64,000 bases of DNA from Kudoa neothunni (Eukaryota; Animalia; Cnidaria): the NCBI GenBank assembly GCA_964304625.1, contig OZ199840.1, positions 6,064,784-6,128,783 of the forward strand, given 5' to 3'. Shown here in pieces: positions 27,158-41,100 of this stretch; the stretch's first letter is position 1; each line of letters starts with the position of its first letter. The position numbers and the translations under genes were made by a program. The notes below the pieces were generated by a model. It worked only from the letters and a program-made list of their open reading frames with translations. It made no database searches and had not been told where the DNA came from.

Positions 27158-30100
27158 ATGATCTCACCTTACCGAATTATTACACGAATTGATTCGCCCC
27201 TTTTCTTACGTTTGTGTGCTGTGTGGCTGTTTGTGTCCAGCCTTATCACGAATGTGTACACAGGTAGAGAGATACTTTATTCTGATTAAAAATCCACATT
27301 AACATTTTTAATGGATTATATTTTTTAATTATTTAATATGATTTAGCGGTTAATATCACCAATAAAGGTTTTGTGTACAAAAATTCTGCTCTCACTCCCG
27401 AACTCGCTGTGCATGAAATGTCACTCACATTTGTAACCACTAAACACAATGGTTTGTTGTTCTATGGAAATAATGCGAAAGCTTACTTTTCAATGGAGCT
27501 ATACTATGGATCTGTTAGGTAGGTGATTTGAATTGACGATGTTTGTTGGTCGCTTGCAACGATAATATGTGCAATTATTTAGAATAAGCGGGAATTTTTC
27601 CAACCAACGCACAACAATGCCATTTATCGGTTTCGTGGGGCACGGTCTAGCTGACGGGAAACCACACCAAGTCGAATTCTTCAAACGATCCGAAGAAATC
27701 ATGGCCATCGTTGATCGTGGCACCTCCAAACGAGACTCCTACATTGTAGCATCTAGTTTTTTAAATGATATCATCAATTTCGACGATATCTATTTGGGTA
27801 ATCACCCCGAGCTGAAAACATTCGACAATTTTCAATCGATGACCAAGACAAACTTTATTGGATGTATTGAAGAGGCCAGTTGGAATTCGTTGGATCTACT
27901 GAGTGACGCCTACTCGGAAATGTCTATTCCTAATTGTGGTGTATTTTACGATCATAAACCAATCACATTTCTCTATTTGGACAGCTACATTATGATGTAC
28001 CGAAGCAGCAAAGCCGATGGGTTCGATTTGGAATTCGACCTGCTTGTCTATCAAAATTTCACCATTATCATCTCTCACAAAGTGAACGATACTAGGTTTG
28101 ATTTGGTTATTTTGGAAGGTAGACTTCAAATGACTCTCTACATTGTCAATAATATTGTTATCAACGCCATCACCGATTCGTTGGTCAGCGATGGAAGTTG
28201 GCACAAGGTATGTACTATTATATGGTGGTAGAATTAGGAATATTGTTTATGGATTAATAATATTTAGGTTAAGATATTCATCCCCGGAAGATCCTCATCA
28301 ACTGCTAACGTTATTTTTAAAGTGGACGAATTCCTTACCGACTCACCATCTCCCATTTTCTACAATGCTGGGAAAAATATAAAATTTGGTGGTTTTGGCT
28401 TCGTTGGCTGTATCGAAAATGTGAGACTAGATCAAAAAACTTATCACCTCGAGAAACACTATCAAAGAAGTGGAATATCAACGTCAGGCTGCAACATCAC
28501 CTTCCAATGCAACCCTAACCCCTGTGTGAACGCTGGCAATTGTATGGCTCTTCAAAACCTCGAGTACACTTGTTTATGTAACGGCAACTCCACCGGTTCT
28601 AATTGTGAACAACGTAATATTCTTTTTATCGTCTATTTATAAGATCTTTTTCCACTATATATAAATAATTTTTAAAATTTGATAATTAGCTGTTGCACCC
28701 AACACCTGCACAGACATACACAAAGCAGGCTTCAAGAGGGACGGCCCAACAATCATTGATGCGGATGGAATAGGACTTTTTGACCCCATTTGGGTCAACT
28801 GCTTCCATATGAATTCCTTCGATAGTGATCGAGCAGTCACTGTAGTCAAACCCATTCAAAGCACCTACAATCTCATTGACGCGCCAAAAAGCTGGGAAAT
28901 CCGCTACAATGTTAGCACCGAATTGCTAAATATTATAGCCGCCAACAGCTTCTACTGCAAACAAACGGTCACCTATCAATGCACCCGTTCTAGGATCACT
29001 CTCGGAAATATCACTTTAATGAACTGGGTGGGTGGAGATGGCCGAGTTCATAACTATTGGAATTCGCGCGCCATCTACGGAAAATGTGAATGTTCTATTC
29101 GAAATAACACCTGTTTCAACAATCAAAATTGCAACTGTGACAACTATGACACAATATCAAGAGTGGATCGAACTGAACTTCAATTCAAAGCTCATCTACC
29201 CATTATCCGAATCAACGCTATGAACATATCCAGCATGTTGGGTTCGAGCGCCAAGCTGGAAGTGGGAGACTTTTTCTGCCAAGGTGATGGCGGAAAATTA
29301 TCCACGGTAACATTTACGGAGGTATACAGTTACCTAGAGGTTGAATCCCTCAATTTGTGGAACGCCGGCTCCTTCCATATCGAATTCAAAACTGATCAAG
29401 CTCGCGGAAACATATTTCTTTATTCACGCGGACGAATCTCGAAAGATTACATTTTACTCTTCTTGAAAAATCCAACCACACTCACCGTAGAAGTTAATTT
29501 GGGAACGTACACTCATATTCTCGATGCAAGTATACTGTCGAAAGCTCCATCTAATTTCGAAGACCAGGAATTCCACTCTGCCAAATTTACTATCAGCAGA
29601 CGTGGCTTCAACCTTACAGTCGACAAGTTGACATACACCAAACCACTTGAAAATAATATCAATGTTGGAGTTTTACTCAACCTTGACAACCTTCCCACAT
29701 TCATTGGAGGTACACCGTTTGATCCATTTTCCGGATTTCGAGGCACAATCCGCAATTTTGTAATTATTTTCATAAATTTTTAAACAACTAGATGATATTT
29801 TAATTGTTTATTAGAGAATAAATGGACAACCATATAAATTGTTTGAAAAAGCAATGAATGAGTCGATTGTAGGAGTGGTGCCGGGTATAACTTCTGCATG
29901 TAGGTCGGTCAGTAACCCATGCAATTCTGGTCGTTGTATGGACCATTATAACTACTACGTGTGTAATTGTGACTACTCTCCATATTATGGATCCCATTGT
30001 CAAAATGAGCAAGGTTTATCTATGAGAGGTGGAGATTTCGCAGTAGCCTACAATCTTGATCCTAGCCTCACACTAACCCAATGGTTCATTTCTGTTGGGT

Positions 30101-31157
30101 TTGTTACCACAAACGCGAGCGCTACATTATTCTCGTTGATCAGTGAAAATACTGATATTTTCTTTTTGGGCAATATGGTCAATGGAGTATTTGGAGTATA
30201 TTATCATTTCAGGGTATTATATATTGGATTTGTTGTTTTTATGTATTCTTCTAAAATTATCGAATGTAGAACGATATTTCCTTCCAATCCAGATCGTTCA
30301 TTATAGAACATTCCGATTTGGGCTACTATCTCAATAATGGCGATCTACACATTATCAAGGTTGAATTCAGCTCCGAGACAATTTATGTTTATATCGATAA
30401 TCGACTGTTTTTGCGAATGATCGAGGAGTACACCACCGAACCAACCACTTTTCAAGAGCCAAGCGCATTCTATCTAGGTGGAGCTATATTGACAAGTGTG
30501 TCTGCTTCCGAGTTGGATCAATATATTGTGTATCCATTCTTGGGGTGCATCACCGGTGGAAAACTTGTCTACAAAGCAAGAGGTATCTACAACAAAATCT
30601 TGGTGGATCCAGTCGATCTTTTTTATATGGGATCATCGGTATGTTAGAAGTTTATCGCTCTCTTATCCCTTAACCCATTCACTAACACAAATAGATTGTA
30701 TTAGTGGGGGATTTCTTAGTTATTTCTTATTTTTACACTTATTTCCATTGTTTATTGATAGATGGTACAAGTTGGCCAGGTGACCAAAGAGAAATGTGGC
30801 CTTGTGAATTTTACTGTTGCTGGAAACGCTCCTCTCATTCCCTACCCTCCTAACCCAGTGGCTGGCGACACAAGTAGCTTTGAACGTCGCGTGCCTCTTG
30901 GTGATAGTTGGGGATCAACACTGCTCGGTTTGGGAGTGTTTCTTTTCATACTCATTATTCTAATAATGGTCTTTGTGTTGAAGTGGTATTCTCGAAACAT
31001 CGGCTGCTATCAAACCGAAGAAGGAAACCTCGCCAAAACAGGAAACGTAATTGGCATCCTACAAAACAACTCATTTAGATCGGACGACGAATCCGAAAAA
31101 AGCCCTCTTATAACAGAAAATCGAGACATAATCGCAACCGAAACCGGATACATATAG
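27158..31157 (+). CDS. Contactin-associated protein / Neurexin IV-like cell-junction receptor
   Basis: Signal-peptide exon at 27158, then LamG-LamG-EGF(CNPNPCVNAGNC)-fibrinogen-like(IDADGIGLFDPIWVNC; NWVGGDGRVHNYW; CNCD)-LamG-EGF-LamG-TM, a band-4.1-type motif (GCYQTEE) and a PDZ-type tail TETGYI*. Confidence 0.9.
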
Positions 31158-31343
31158 AAAATTAATATACACTAACTGTGTTAACTCGTATATATCATAT
31201 TATATGTATTTTCATGGGTATATATAAATGCAGTTGGGGTGAGTTTTTGTGGTTTGTAATATGATTCAGTCTTGGTGGGTTTATTCTCTCCTGTGTTGGA
31301 TTTTTGATCCGTGGTTTCCACCAATAACAGCTTATAACTCGTT

Positions 31344-32012
31344 TCAAAAATCAAGCGTGTCTTTCTTAGTAGTACTGTAATTTAGCGTTTTGTTCGCCGA
31401 ACCTTTAGCATTCATCTAAAATCGCCGTTAACAATTGGTTACTCGACATATGACTGTAAAAATTGAGAATAATTTCTCTTAAAGTACCAATAAATTAAAT
31501 TAACTAAATTATTCAAACCAAAATATTAACTTCTAAAAAAACTTAATATAATTATTTAGGATAGAGCAAATACCCTACGAACTAATTCCATATTTTTTTC
31601 AAAGCAAATCGAATAAGATGTGTCTGATAACGACATATTTCCAAGTTTCATAGCACAATCAATTAATTCCCTTTGAATCTTATTTTTACGATTCAGTTGA
31701 GGGGTAACTGGATTGGCTTGAGAGTTATTGGTTTCGATCAACGCCAGTCCCAAATGATACCCTATCTAATTTAAATAATAACGAATTTGAAATTTTAATG
31801 AAATCGATATATTTTTTCTACTTTGAAACCATCTTTCATACCCCTTATAACTCCTGTATTAGCCGAATCCAAATGGATATCCTCAGGAAGTCCAATAGTA
31901 TGGAATCCATCATGATATCCCTTGTCATAAGCACTAATTCCATCCCAAATATTAAAGACACTCAAAATTATCTTTACTGTTTTTCAAAATCGATAACATC
32001 ATCAAAGTCCAT
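31344..32012 (-). CDS. LTO1: LTO1/ORAOV1-like Fe-S (CIA) adaptor, multi-exon
   Basis: MDFDDVIDFEKH|AYDKGYHDGF...GVIRGMKDGFK|IGYHLG shows the GxxxG repeats of the Yae1/Lto1 family. The last exon ends KKDTLDF*, matching the [LIM]-[DES]-[WF] CIA-targeting C-terminal tripeptide. An alternative in-frame ATG lies at 32051. Confidence 0.75.
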
Positions 32013-32276
32013 CCTTAAAGTGTGATTATAAAAGTGACGATTTTTGCCCATGCGCATTATCTATTTTTAATAAAACGACAATTCTTTTTACAAGTTGTAT
32101 ACAGAGTTAATTATTTGTGGCCCAAGAGCCATTCCCATATTTAAATACATAAATTGTTTCTCATTTATTTTATTTCTCTTTTTGATGAATTCGATGTCAA
32201 TGTTGGTTGTATTTGAAATGAGACTCAAAATAATTTTTTTGTATTCAACCTTAAACCGTCCGCACAAACTACTAAT

Positions 32277-32351
32277 GAGCGGATAAATTGGGAAATCGTT
32301 TAGTCATTCGACCGCTAATCTTAAGGTCGCGAGTTCAATCCTGCCTCAGCA
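32277..32351 (+). mobile_element. tRNA-derived sequence (pseudo-tRNA or SINE head)
   Basis: Recognisable variable-loop/T-arm/B-box AAGGTCGCGAGTTCAATCCTG. The acceptor, D and anticodon stems pair poorly. Confidence 0.4.
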
Positions 32352-33883
32352 CTGTGCACCAAAACAATATTGAATAACGGAAGTTGTAGTTAATGTGTAC
32401 GCTCATTATTATGTGTCATTAGCCAAAAGTTACAATTCAGCTTAGTTGGTAGGGTCGAATTAGACAATAAAATCTTGTAGGTCCCACAAAACCAACGCCA
32501 TTGTAGCTGAAAAATTGAAGGGAGTAAGTTTCAAGTAGTTTTTCGCCCGGACATTTATATTTAGCGGGGAAAATTCCACCATTAACCAAAAAAGGTAGGA
32601 CAAAATATTAAATGTGATTAACTTATTGCTATTATTACATGTTACATTAAAGTATTTTGTGGAAGCCATAACTGTACAGTTTAATAGGTTGATCTTGTGA
32701 TCTCAACGCGTGAACGAAAAATCGTACTTATTCCCAAACTACTCTGTGATATTTTATGCAATTTATGAATTATCTGTTAATACTTCAAATGGTAATTTCT
32801 TATAGCAGAATATTACAATAGTGAATACGTGCAAAACTACATTATCACGATCGTGCTATCATAATAAAGATAGCGGCATACTTTGTGCAGGAGCAGAGAC
32901 AGATTAGTTGGTTGATTGGTTAATGAGGATTTTTCAATGATTCCAACTTTTTATGCTCGTAATTCATAAAGAAATACAATATATATTATTTATATAAATG
33001 TATTATTCCGATGCGTATTATTTTGGGACAACTAACTTCAATATTTTGTGATGTTTTGGCTAATATGTAATTGTTTAAAATTTGTCAAAATAAATAGAAT
33101 TAATGTGTCACTCCTCAATATTTTAAACATTACGAACATTCCTTAAAAACAATTCTTATATTATTACATAATAAATTAATGAAATTCTCTAGGTACGAAT
33201 TTTTGAACTCAATTAATTTATTTTTCAGCTATTTAAATTATTTTGAACGACAATTTTTAGACGTTATAATTATATGAAGCTCCTTGAATTAATTTTATAT
33301 CCCCCTTTCAAAGTCGCATTTTTTGTGGTTTTATAAAAAATATGAATTACACAATATCCATGTTCATCAGGTGTTTTCCTTATAAAACGGTTTAATAATC
33401 GATGTTGTCCGTAATGTAAGTGATTTCGAACAATGCGGATGATCGTTTCTAAGAAGATTCAACTACGACAGGTTTTCTATGGATAAATATCACTTTAAGC
33501 TTCCATTGATAACTCGATTGCTACTATTAACTATCGATCTTTATGTAAACGACTTTTACAATTGTATAAGTGTTTCTATCACACACATGCATTTAACTTT
33601 ATCTCTAATAAGATTGAGAACTCCTACTTCCTAACTAATGTGACACATAATTATAATATCATCTATTAATAACAAATTTATAACGTGTATAAAGAGATAG
33701 ATACGTTTGATATTGTAACAATAAATGGAGTAATTTTAAAGTCCTTATTTATTTTTAAATTAATAAAAAAAGTTTTTCTGATAAAACTAAAGCATTAGTT
33801 AGAAAATATTGGGATGTAAGAATGACGTTATCGATATAGATCTATAGAATAAAATTGGAATTGTTTGTACTCTCGATTAAAAG

Positions 33884-35084
33884 GTAAACAATTAAATCGA
33901 CAACACTATTTAAACTATCAATACCTGAACAAGCTTTCGTAGCTTGGGGATTAATTTTATCTATTGATCAAATTTGAAACTTAGATAACTATCTTAAAAC
34001 TAATCAACCAACTTAAAAGTGTTTTATTGTAGGCGATGCCAAGGTGAGAATTACAGTAAGACGGAATTACAACAAAATCGGATTATTCAACCCGAAAACA
34101 TCACCAGTCATTTGGGTTTTTAACCAGATTTAACATTCTTAAAGCATCAATTGGGAGGTAACTCTAAAGTCGTGATTGTTGAAACTGAATCTATTATTTC
34201 TAACTTGTAATAGGTGGGCTGATGAGACGATGGACAACAGAAAACATGACAACATAGTCAACCAACAAAGGAGGGTACAGAGCCAAAGTTTGTCTGTTAT
34301 TGAAGGAAAGAAATCTCAAGTAGTCGAAAAATTTTATTTAACCCCAACGACAAAAATTCACAGTGGAGAAATGTCATCTCAGATGTCTCTAGACAATGAT
34401 GGAACCGATACATTGGAAATGAACACCTACCATTCAAACATCACTACAAATAAGAAAGTATGTACGAATCAATTTGTCTAATTTTAAAACTATTTTCATG
34501 TGGATAATTCACAATAATAGGCAGTCTGTATAACTGAACTATACAGTGTATCCGTTGGGTTGGTTAAATTGGTCTAGTTGTAATTTTCGATATTAATAAT
34601 GACCAACTAATAATCAATCAAATTAGATATTTTTTAAATCAATTTAATTTCAATGATTATAGAATCACTTGAAAATTTTGGGGGAAGTTACAGGTAGTTG
34701 GTACAACCAGAATTCAGTCGCTTTCGACACCAAAAACAACCAAATTCGTGCCACAAATACTCAACAACCTGCAATCAATGTGCTTGAAGGAATCAATAGT
34801 GAATGCTCTATTGATAAAATGCTACAAAAAATCGATTCCTACATAACCAACGCCAAGAATGTGTACAATGATCAAAGAAAATGTAATCGCACTCGGCTTC
34901 AATTATATTAGAAACTGTGATTATAGCAATGTTCTCTAATTATAGCTTACAGCTTAGGTTATCGGTAGAAAACATAAAAAATTTGTATTGAAAATGTACA
35001 GACGCACTTAATTGTATGTGCAGCAATAGCGATTTCAACCAGCTAAACAACAAGACCAAAGATATTTTTGATAATTATCATTAG
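33884..35084 (+). CDS. Uncharacterised multi-exon protein (5' end and last exon uncertain)
   Basis: Chain of phase-compatible short GT-AG introns linking open exons (RCQGENYSKTELQQNR..., WADETMDNRKH..., NHLKILGEV...SIDKMLQKIDSYITNAK..., ...KTKDIFDNYH*). No confident domain. Confidence 0.55.
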
Positions 35085-35115
35085 AACAATTTATTTTTTT
35101 AGAAAACTCAATTTT

Positions 35116-38100
35116 TCATTGATCATTTTGTGTCGCTTCGCAAACCTTTGATTCATCAAATTTGAGATGTATAGTCATTGATTCTTCAGTCATTTTTTTT
35201 GTAGGAACCCTTATACATTCATTCCAAAATAATGGAATATCTATATTCGTTGTTATTTTATTTGTGGAGGTTTGATGTAAAATCTATTTGTTACCTTGTA
35301 ATGAATTAGAGGAATATACAATTATGTTGAGGTAATGTTTCAACATTTGGGTTTTTGACACACATAACACCAATGTTCGATTTGTGATGAGTGAGATAGG
35401 TCCAACTAGCAGGCCTAAGCATTTATCGTAACCTATTTACATGAAAAAATTAATATTTTTATTATAAAAACATTCCATTTTGTTTTAAAAGTTTATAATA
35501 TTTATAGTTGTATCATCTATTTATAAGAAATTTTTTTTATGTTACTATATTTACTTTTTTAATTAAGAATAATTTTAAAATTCCGTAACAACCTCATTTA
35601 TTCAAAACAATCAAAGACCTTAAAAATGCTTAATTTCATAATTGTACGTAATTATTGACATCACAATAATTAGAATGTAAGATAACATAAAATCCATAAA
35701 TTCATTTTTTTCAATAATAATGTGTAACCCTCATAGCACGGAGCTATGGAAAATTCCTTGTGGGGTGGTGCGGGACGGGATAGTTTGGGAAACCAGTAAT
35801 TTTAGCCTTTTTTTAAAACCTCTCGTCAAAAAATCCTCCGTACACTAACAACTCATATTGATTCCTCTTAAAAATTATATCCAATTTTTGAAAAATCTCA
35901 AATTTAAAAAAATGCAAAAAATCCTGTAATGATAAGCCCACATGTTTCATCCACTATGTCACTCATAATGAGTCAACAATAAGTTTTGGGGCATCACGAT
36001 ACTTCCAGAACTAGGATACAGCAAAATGATATATGTTAACAAGTTGTTTCTGTAGTTATTCTCAACAGTCTTAGACAGGCACATACACCACGAGTTTCTG
36101 AAGATGGCCACTAATCATATTTTTGTAATTACAGTCGAGCCTCGATATTGCATATTGCGTAGTAGCCTAATATCTCGTTAATTTTTTAATTATTTATAAA
36201 ATTGGATACTACTAAGTAATAATTAGGCTATTATCTCGTAAAATATGCGAAAAATATTTATGAATGAAAAATTCATATGAAATTGCTCAGTACTGCGAAG
36301 TAATTTTGTATTGCGTAGCAATTCTAGGGTCCGGAAACCCCGTTTTGATTCGACATTGCGTAATAAATTTGACCATGCCAAGGATAAAGAGGGATGTTGA
36401 CGAGAAATTTAAAATCATCATCAGTAATAATTCAGTTAAGTCAATCAGGAGTTCCAAAATAAACTGCTTAGAAATTTTGCCTTAGTAATGGAATAATTAT
36501 AATAATTATGTCTTGGTAAAAAATACATTTTAAATATAAAGAATATTCAACCCTCGGTAAAATATATTAGATAGCACAAAAACTTTCCAACTACGACGTT
36601 TCTAACAAACGAAAACGTGAATGTAGGAAGGCTTTACTAGTGGTCTAATTTAATAATGTGCCATGCACCGGTATCTCTGATAATAAGTGACAAAAGGAAC
36701 AATTAATCGTCAAACTGTCAACTTCTAAAATTAAGGATGCCTTAAGAACTCTTAGACAAACCTTTACAAGCCGAGATCCAGAAGGTCTATGTGATTTGTA
36801 TCCTGCTATCGATAGAAAATCAGCTATTTCAAAAAAAAGAAAGAGAAGCGCGGATTAAAATGATAGGCACTTCTTCTAAAGATAAAATTAAAAATAGAAA
36901 ACCCTTGCTTTCATTATATAAATGAATTTATGTTTAAAAAGAAGCCAATAAATGGTTTTATCTATTTTTTTCTTAATGCGCGTACGCGAAATACGATATT
37001 GCGTACTAATTTTGTATTACGTGGTAAGTTGGCGGTCCCAATTTACTACGCATTACCGAAGCACGACTGTACTCGTATCAGTTTTAGGCAGCGTTTATTT
37101 TGCCGGATCTGGCAAAATAGATACAGCCTTAGTTTTAACCTTATTGCTTGATTGATGTCCTCATCGACAATGTAATCATCTATTAGATTTGAGTTATTTG
37201 ACATAATTTTCAAGACAAAATTATATTAAAATCGTACTCAGGTTTAAATGTTTACCGACAAGCAAGATAGGCAACAAAAACTTAAACCGCATTAATCCCT
37301 AGTAAACCTGTATTTGTTCAGTGTAATACATCGGAGTTTCTCCAATTCTGGAAAAAAAATTCCTAGTAAAAAAGATATTTTTAAAGTTTTAGAAATATTT
37401 CGTGTCAAATAGTGACGTTATTACGCTTATTGTATTTAAAAAATTCTAAATTAAAACTTTTACGATAATAAATGTAGATCCATGAAAAATAAACACATTT
37501 CTCAAACTAATTATTTATCTTTAACGCTATTTGATATCTTAGGAAATAACTTTGGTACTTAATTGAAGAACGCCTAGAGTGTGAATTAAATACGAAATGT
37601 TTAAGTCGGGGTCGCGATATATCTCGCCTTCACGGGAGGGTTAAACTTTTCTCGTAATTGGATATAGTTGAATAAAGAAGTTTCAAATTTTGAATTTAGA
37701 AATTAAAGTCATTGTTATTTTATGATTAGAAAAAAAAATTGGGGGAAATTTTGGAGCAGCGTTAAAGTTAATATTGTTAGTTAATTAAAAAGTGGTAAAA
37801 TAGCCCGACTATAGCAAAACAATGAGTTACCAAATGTGAAAGATTGTAGGAAAAATTTGCACGATTCACTATTTGGTGTTGCTCCTTCAAGTCGAGCACG
37901 GATTCCAATATCATATTGTAAGATTTCACCATGAGGAACCATAAGAATTTGTTTTTCAGTTGACTCAATAATGGAACGATTATTTAATTCAAAAATATTA
38001 TCACTAATATCACAATATTTCACCGGACAATTATTCCCACAAAAGTTACTCTACAGGTGGACATGATATTTTTTTAGGTTCATTCACTCCTGTTTTTGTT

Positions 38101-41100
38101 TGTTTGGCGTACTTTTTCTAGAGAAACCAATTTATAGGTTTTTAATATAAAAACAATTAGATTTTTTATTCTATTTTACTATAGTAGAAAGTGGCAGGAG
38201 ACATGGATGATTTTGTTCGGTTTTGATAGATTTTGAAATTATTTCCAACCATCGATTTTCTTTAATATCACTTGTCGAAATGTATACTTTTCCTGTAGTA
38301 TAAATCAACGTGAAAATTTCTGTTATAAGGAGAATAAAGTAGATACTTTTCTTGATTACAAACTCGCATTTGGAAAAGTACCGAGAGATTTGATCATTTG
38401 AGGAATTATTGTATAGAAGGGAATCATCGTCTACAGTCTCATCTTCTAGTCCTGAATATGTATTTCTCAGTAGGCTAAGAATGGGTATATAATAGAAATC
38501 ACACAAATTATAAGATCTACTGGCAACAATCTTTCGAAAAATCAATAAACAAATGTATGGCTATAGCGTAGAATGGTTGTAGAAAAGCAAAATTATTCAC
38601 GCCAGCTACTGCCAAGAGACGTTTATTCTGAGATAATGTTTTCAAATCAAATCAAACCACACTATCATTTAAATATCATACTTGATTGGCCAAATATTCA
38701 ATAATAGAAGATTTTGAAAGGCACATCAAAGGGAAGTGTTGAAATTCATCCCCATTAATAGTTGTGAGGATTCTTTCGATAAAATTACCATCAAAATTGC
38801 AATGAATTATAACAGGTCTAAGGAAGGTTGCTAGAAGACAAAGTTAATTTTACTGGAAATCGGTTTTGATTCATCCTAAATAAAATCAGATAAAAAATAC
38901 CCTTAATCCAATCTAAACGTTGGTAAGGGTCGGACAAAACAGATTCGGCATTTAAAGATAGGTCGATATTTTGAAATCTTTTGATGGCTGAAGTTTTGTT
39001 TTTATAAATAGAAACAATTCTATGTTACCAATGAATACAATGATCAACGGGAAGTTTTTACTCTTTTGGACTGGGAATACAGCCGATCGACTCAACAGAT
39101 AAACTAAGGGGGTCCAATTTTTCACAAAAATACAAACCAATCCTCCCCCTATATGCTGTGGAGGTGATATGTAGAATATCATCTTTAGAAATTGTCAAAA
39201 AATTTGTTTCCAATGTATCGTCTAAAGGTCGAATATCGATTCCAGATCTTAAGAAAAATTTGGGAATTTTTTAAACCCCATGGTTAAACACATGATTACT
39301 TGACGTAAACATCATCACCATCAAGCATTGTAGCACACTCGTATTCATCGATCATGTCAATATACACAATTTCTATTGGTTGGTTGTTAGGAATGCCGCT
39401 AAGAGTATGAGTAGCTTCTTCTAGGGTTGTATCTTCAAAAGAAATTGAATTCACCTAAATATACGTAAATTATTCTTAGATAACTTCTCTACTTAGGTTA
39501 TTTATATTATAGAATAAAAAATACACTTATAATCTTGTATCCAGCCTTGAGACCGGAATTTTCCGCTCTACTTCCATTTTTTACACCCACAATGAAAATT
39601 CCATGGATATTTCCACCTCCTAATTTAACTCCAAGAATGCTACCGCATTCGTCAGATGGTTTGATGGTTATAGAAACTTTGGGTTTGTATCTAGATTGAA
39701 GGAAAAATCATTCTACAACTTTAAAATTTTGGCAATACCTAAAATCATTTTCTACACATTCCGAGGAGAAATGGGATAAATATTTTGGGTCAATTCGGCC
39801 AATATGGTTTGTGCTTGTATGTTTGTTCATTGACTGACAACTAAATGACTTTCTGGTTAAGAGTGTTTGGCGTGAGGTCGAATTAGATATCGTGCTGGTT
39901 ATCGCCGTTTGTTTATATATGGAATCTATTTGTTTATCTTCCGCACTACAATAATTGTTTGTGATGAGTTGCCGGCGGACGTTTGTGTCACTGAATGTGC
40001 CTTCTTTGGAGCTACTCCCCAAAGATTTTCTGTTAGTTATTCTACCCTCACTGTTATTATTATTATCATCTAAAAAAAATTAATCAATTGATTCTAAATT
40101 CGTAGACTAGACCACTTTTCTCTCTGTTATTTTTTCGAGAATGTCTCCATAATTCAATTGACACTTCATTTTTGCCCTGTGAAAGGTTCAACAGATCAAT
40201 GTTATTTTTTAAGGTTGTCATAGAAATGGGAATCCCGTTTATCTAAACCAAAACAACTTTAATTTAACAAACCCTAATTGAAAGGAGTACTTTTTTAATC
40301 AAATCATTTTTTCTAATATTGAGTTGCTTGACGCTTTCGTGTACATACAGGACATTACTGAACTTTAGATAGGAAAAGTGATTAAATTTATGGTGACTCA
40401 AAGTTAGATGGCAATGTTCGAATTTGCTGTCAAAATTATCTAATAAAATAGAACTAATAGTTAAAATTGGGAATAAATTAACAATATTTAATAAGGGCAT
40501 AAAGTACAATTAAAAAGGAACCGAAACAGTTTTCGGTTCCTTTAACATTTGGCATTACTCTTTAAAGCAGGTGTTATTACAATCAATAAATATAAATTTA
40601 TTTTTGTTGTCTTTGAATAAAAAATTGATCTCATACCAATATACGATGTTTCCGATGAGAATACTTGGCCTTGAATAGAGGGAGAGGTGTTAGTGAGTGA
40701 CGATCCAATGGTGGTATCGTTGGTTGTGTCGATGATTATGTCGTTGGTGCTGCCGGATGGAGAGTATGAATCACGAAAATTTTTTCTTTGTTTCAATTTC
40801 GATATGATACCCATATAGCCCTCTTCATTGGATATTATGTTGCATATTCGATCTCGCTGGTCTCCACTTATTGGCGGTTCAGTCGAAGTGACTATGGTCA
40901 ATCTAGTTAGCCAACAAAACAAAACGAAACAATCTACTCGATTGTAATTTGTCCGTTGATGACCAATATTCCTTAGGTTTTTGTTTTTTCCATGAAAATT
41001 GAAACTTAAAACTGTGTGGATCAAATTCTATGTGCGTAAACATTATTCAACTCAATTGTTGATGTGAGACAAAAAATTCACTTTTTTTTAATTTTTGTAA

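Noticed and set aside
23446-37644. Giant composite piggyBac carrying Tudor, Caspr and LTO1
   Set aside because: The inward-facing ends match only loosely and the right end lies within a ZO-1 intron. Independent insertions are simpler.
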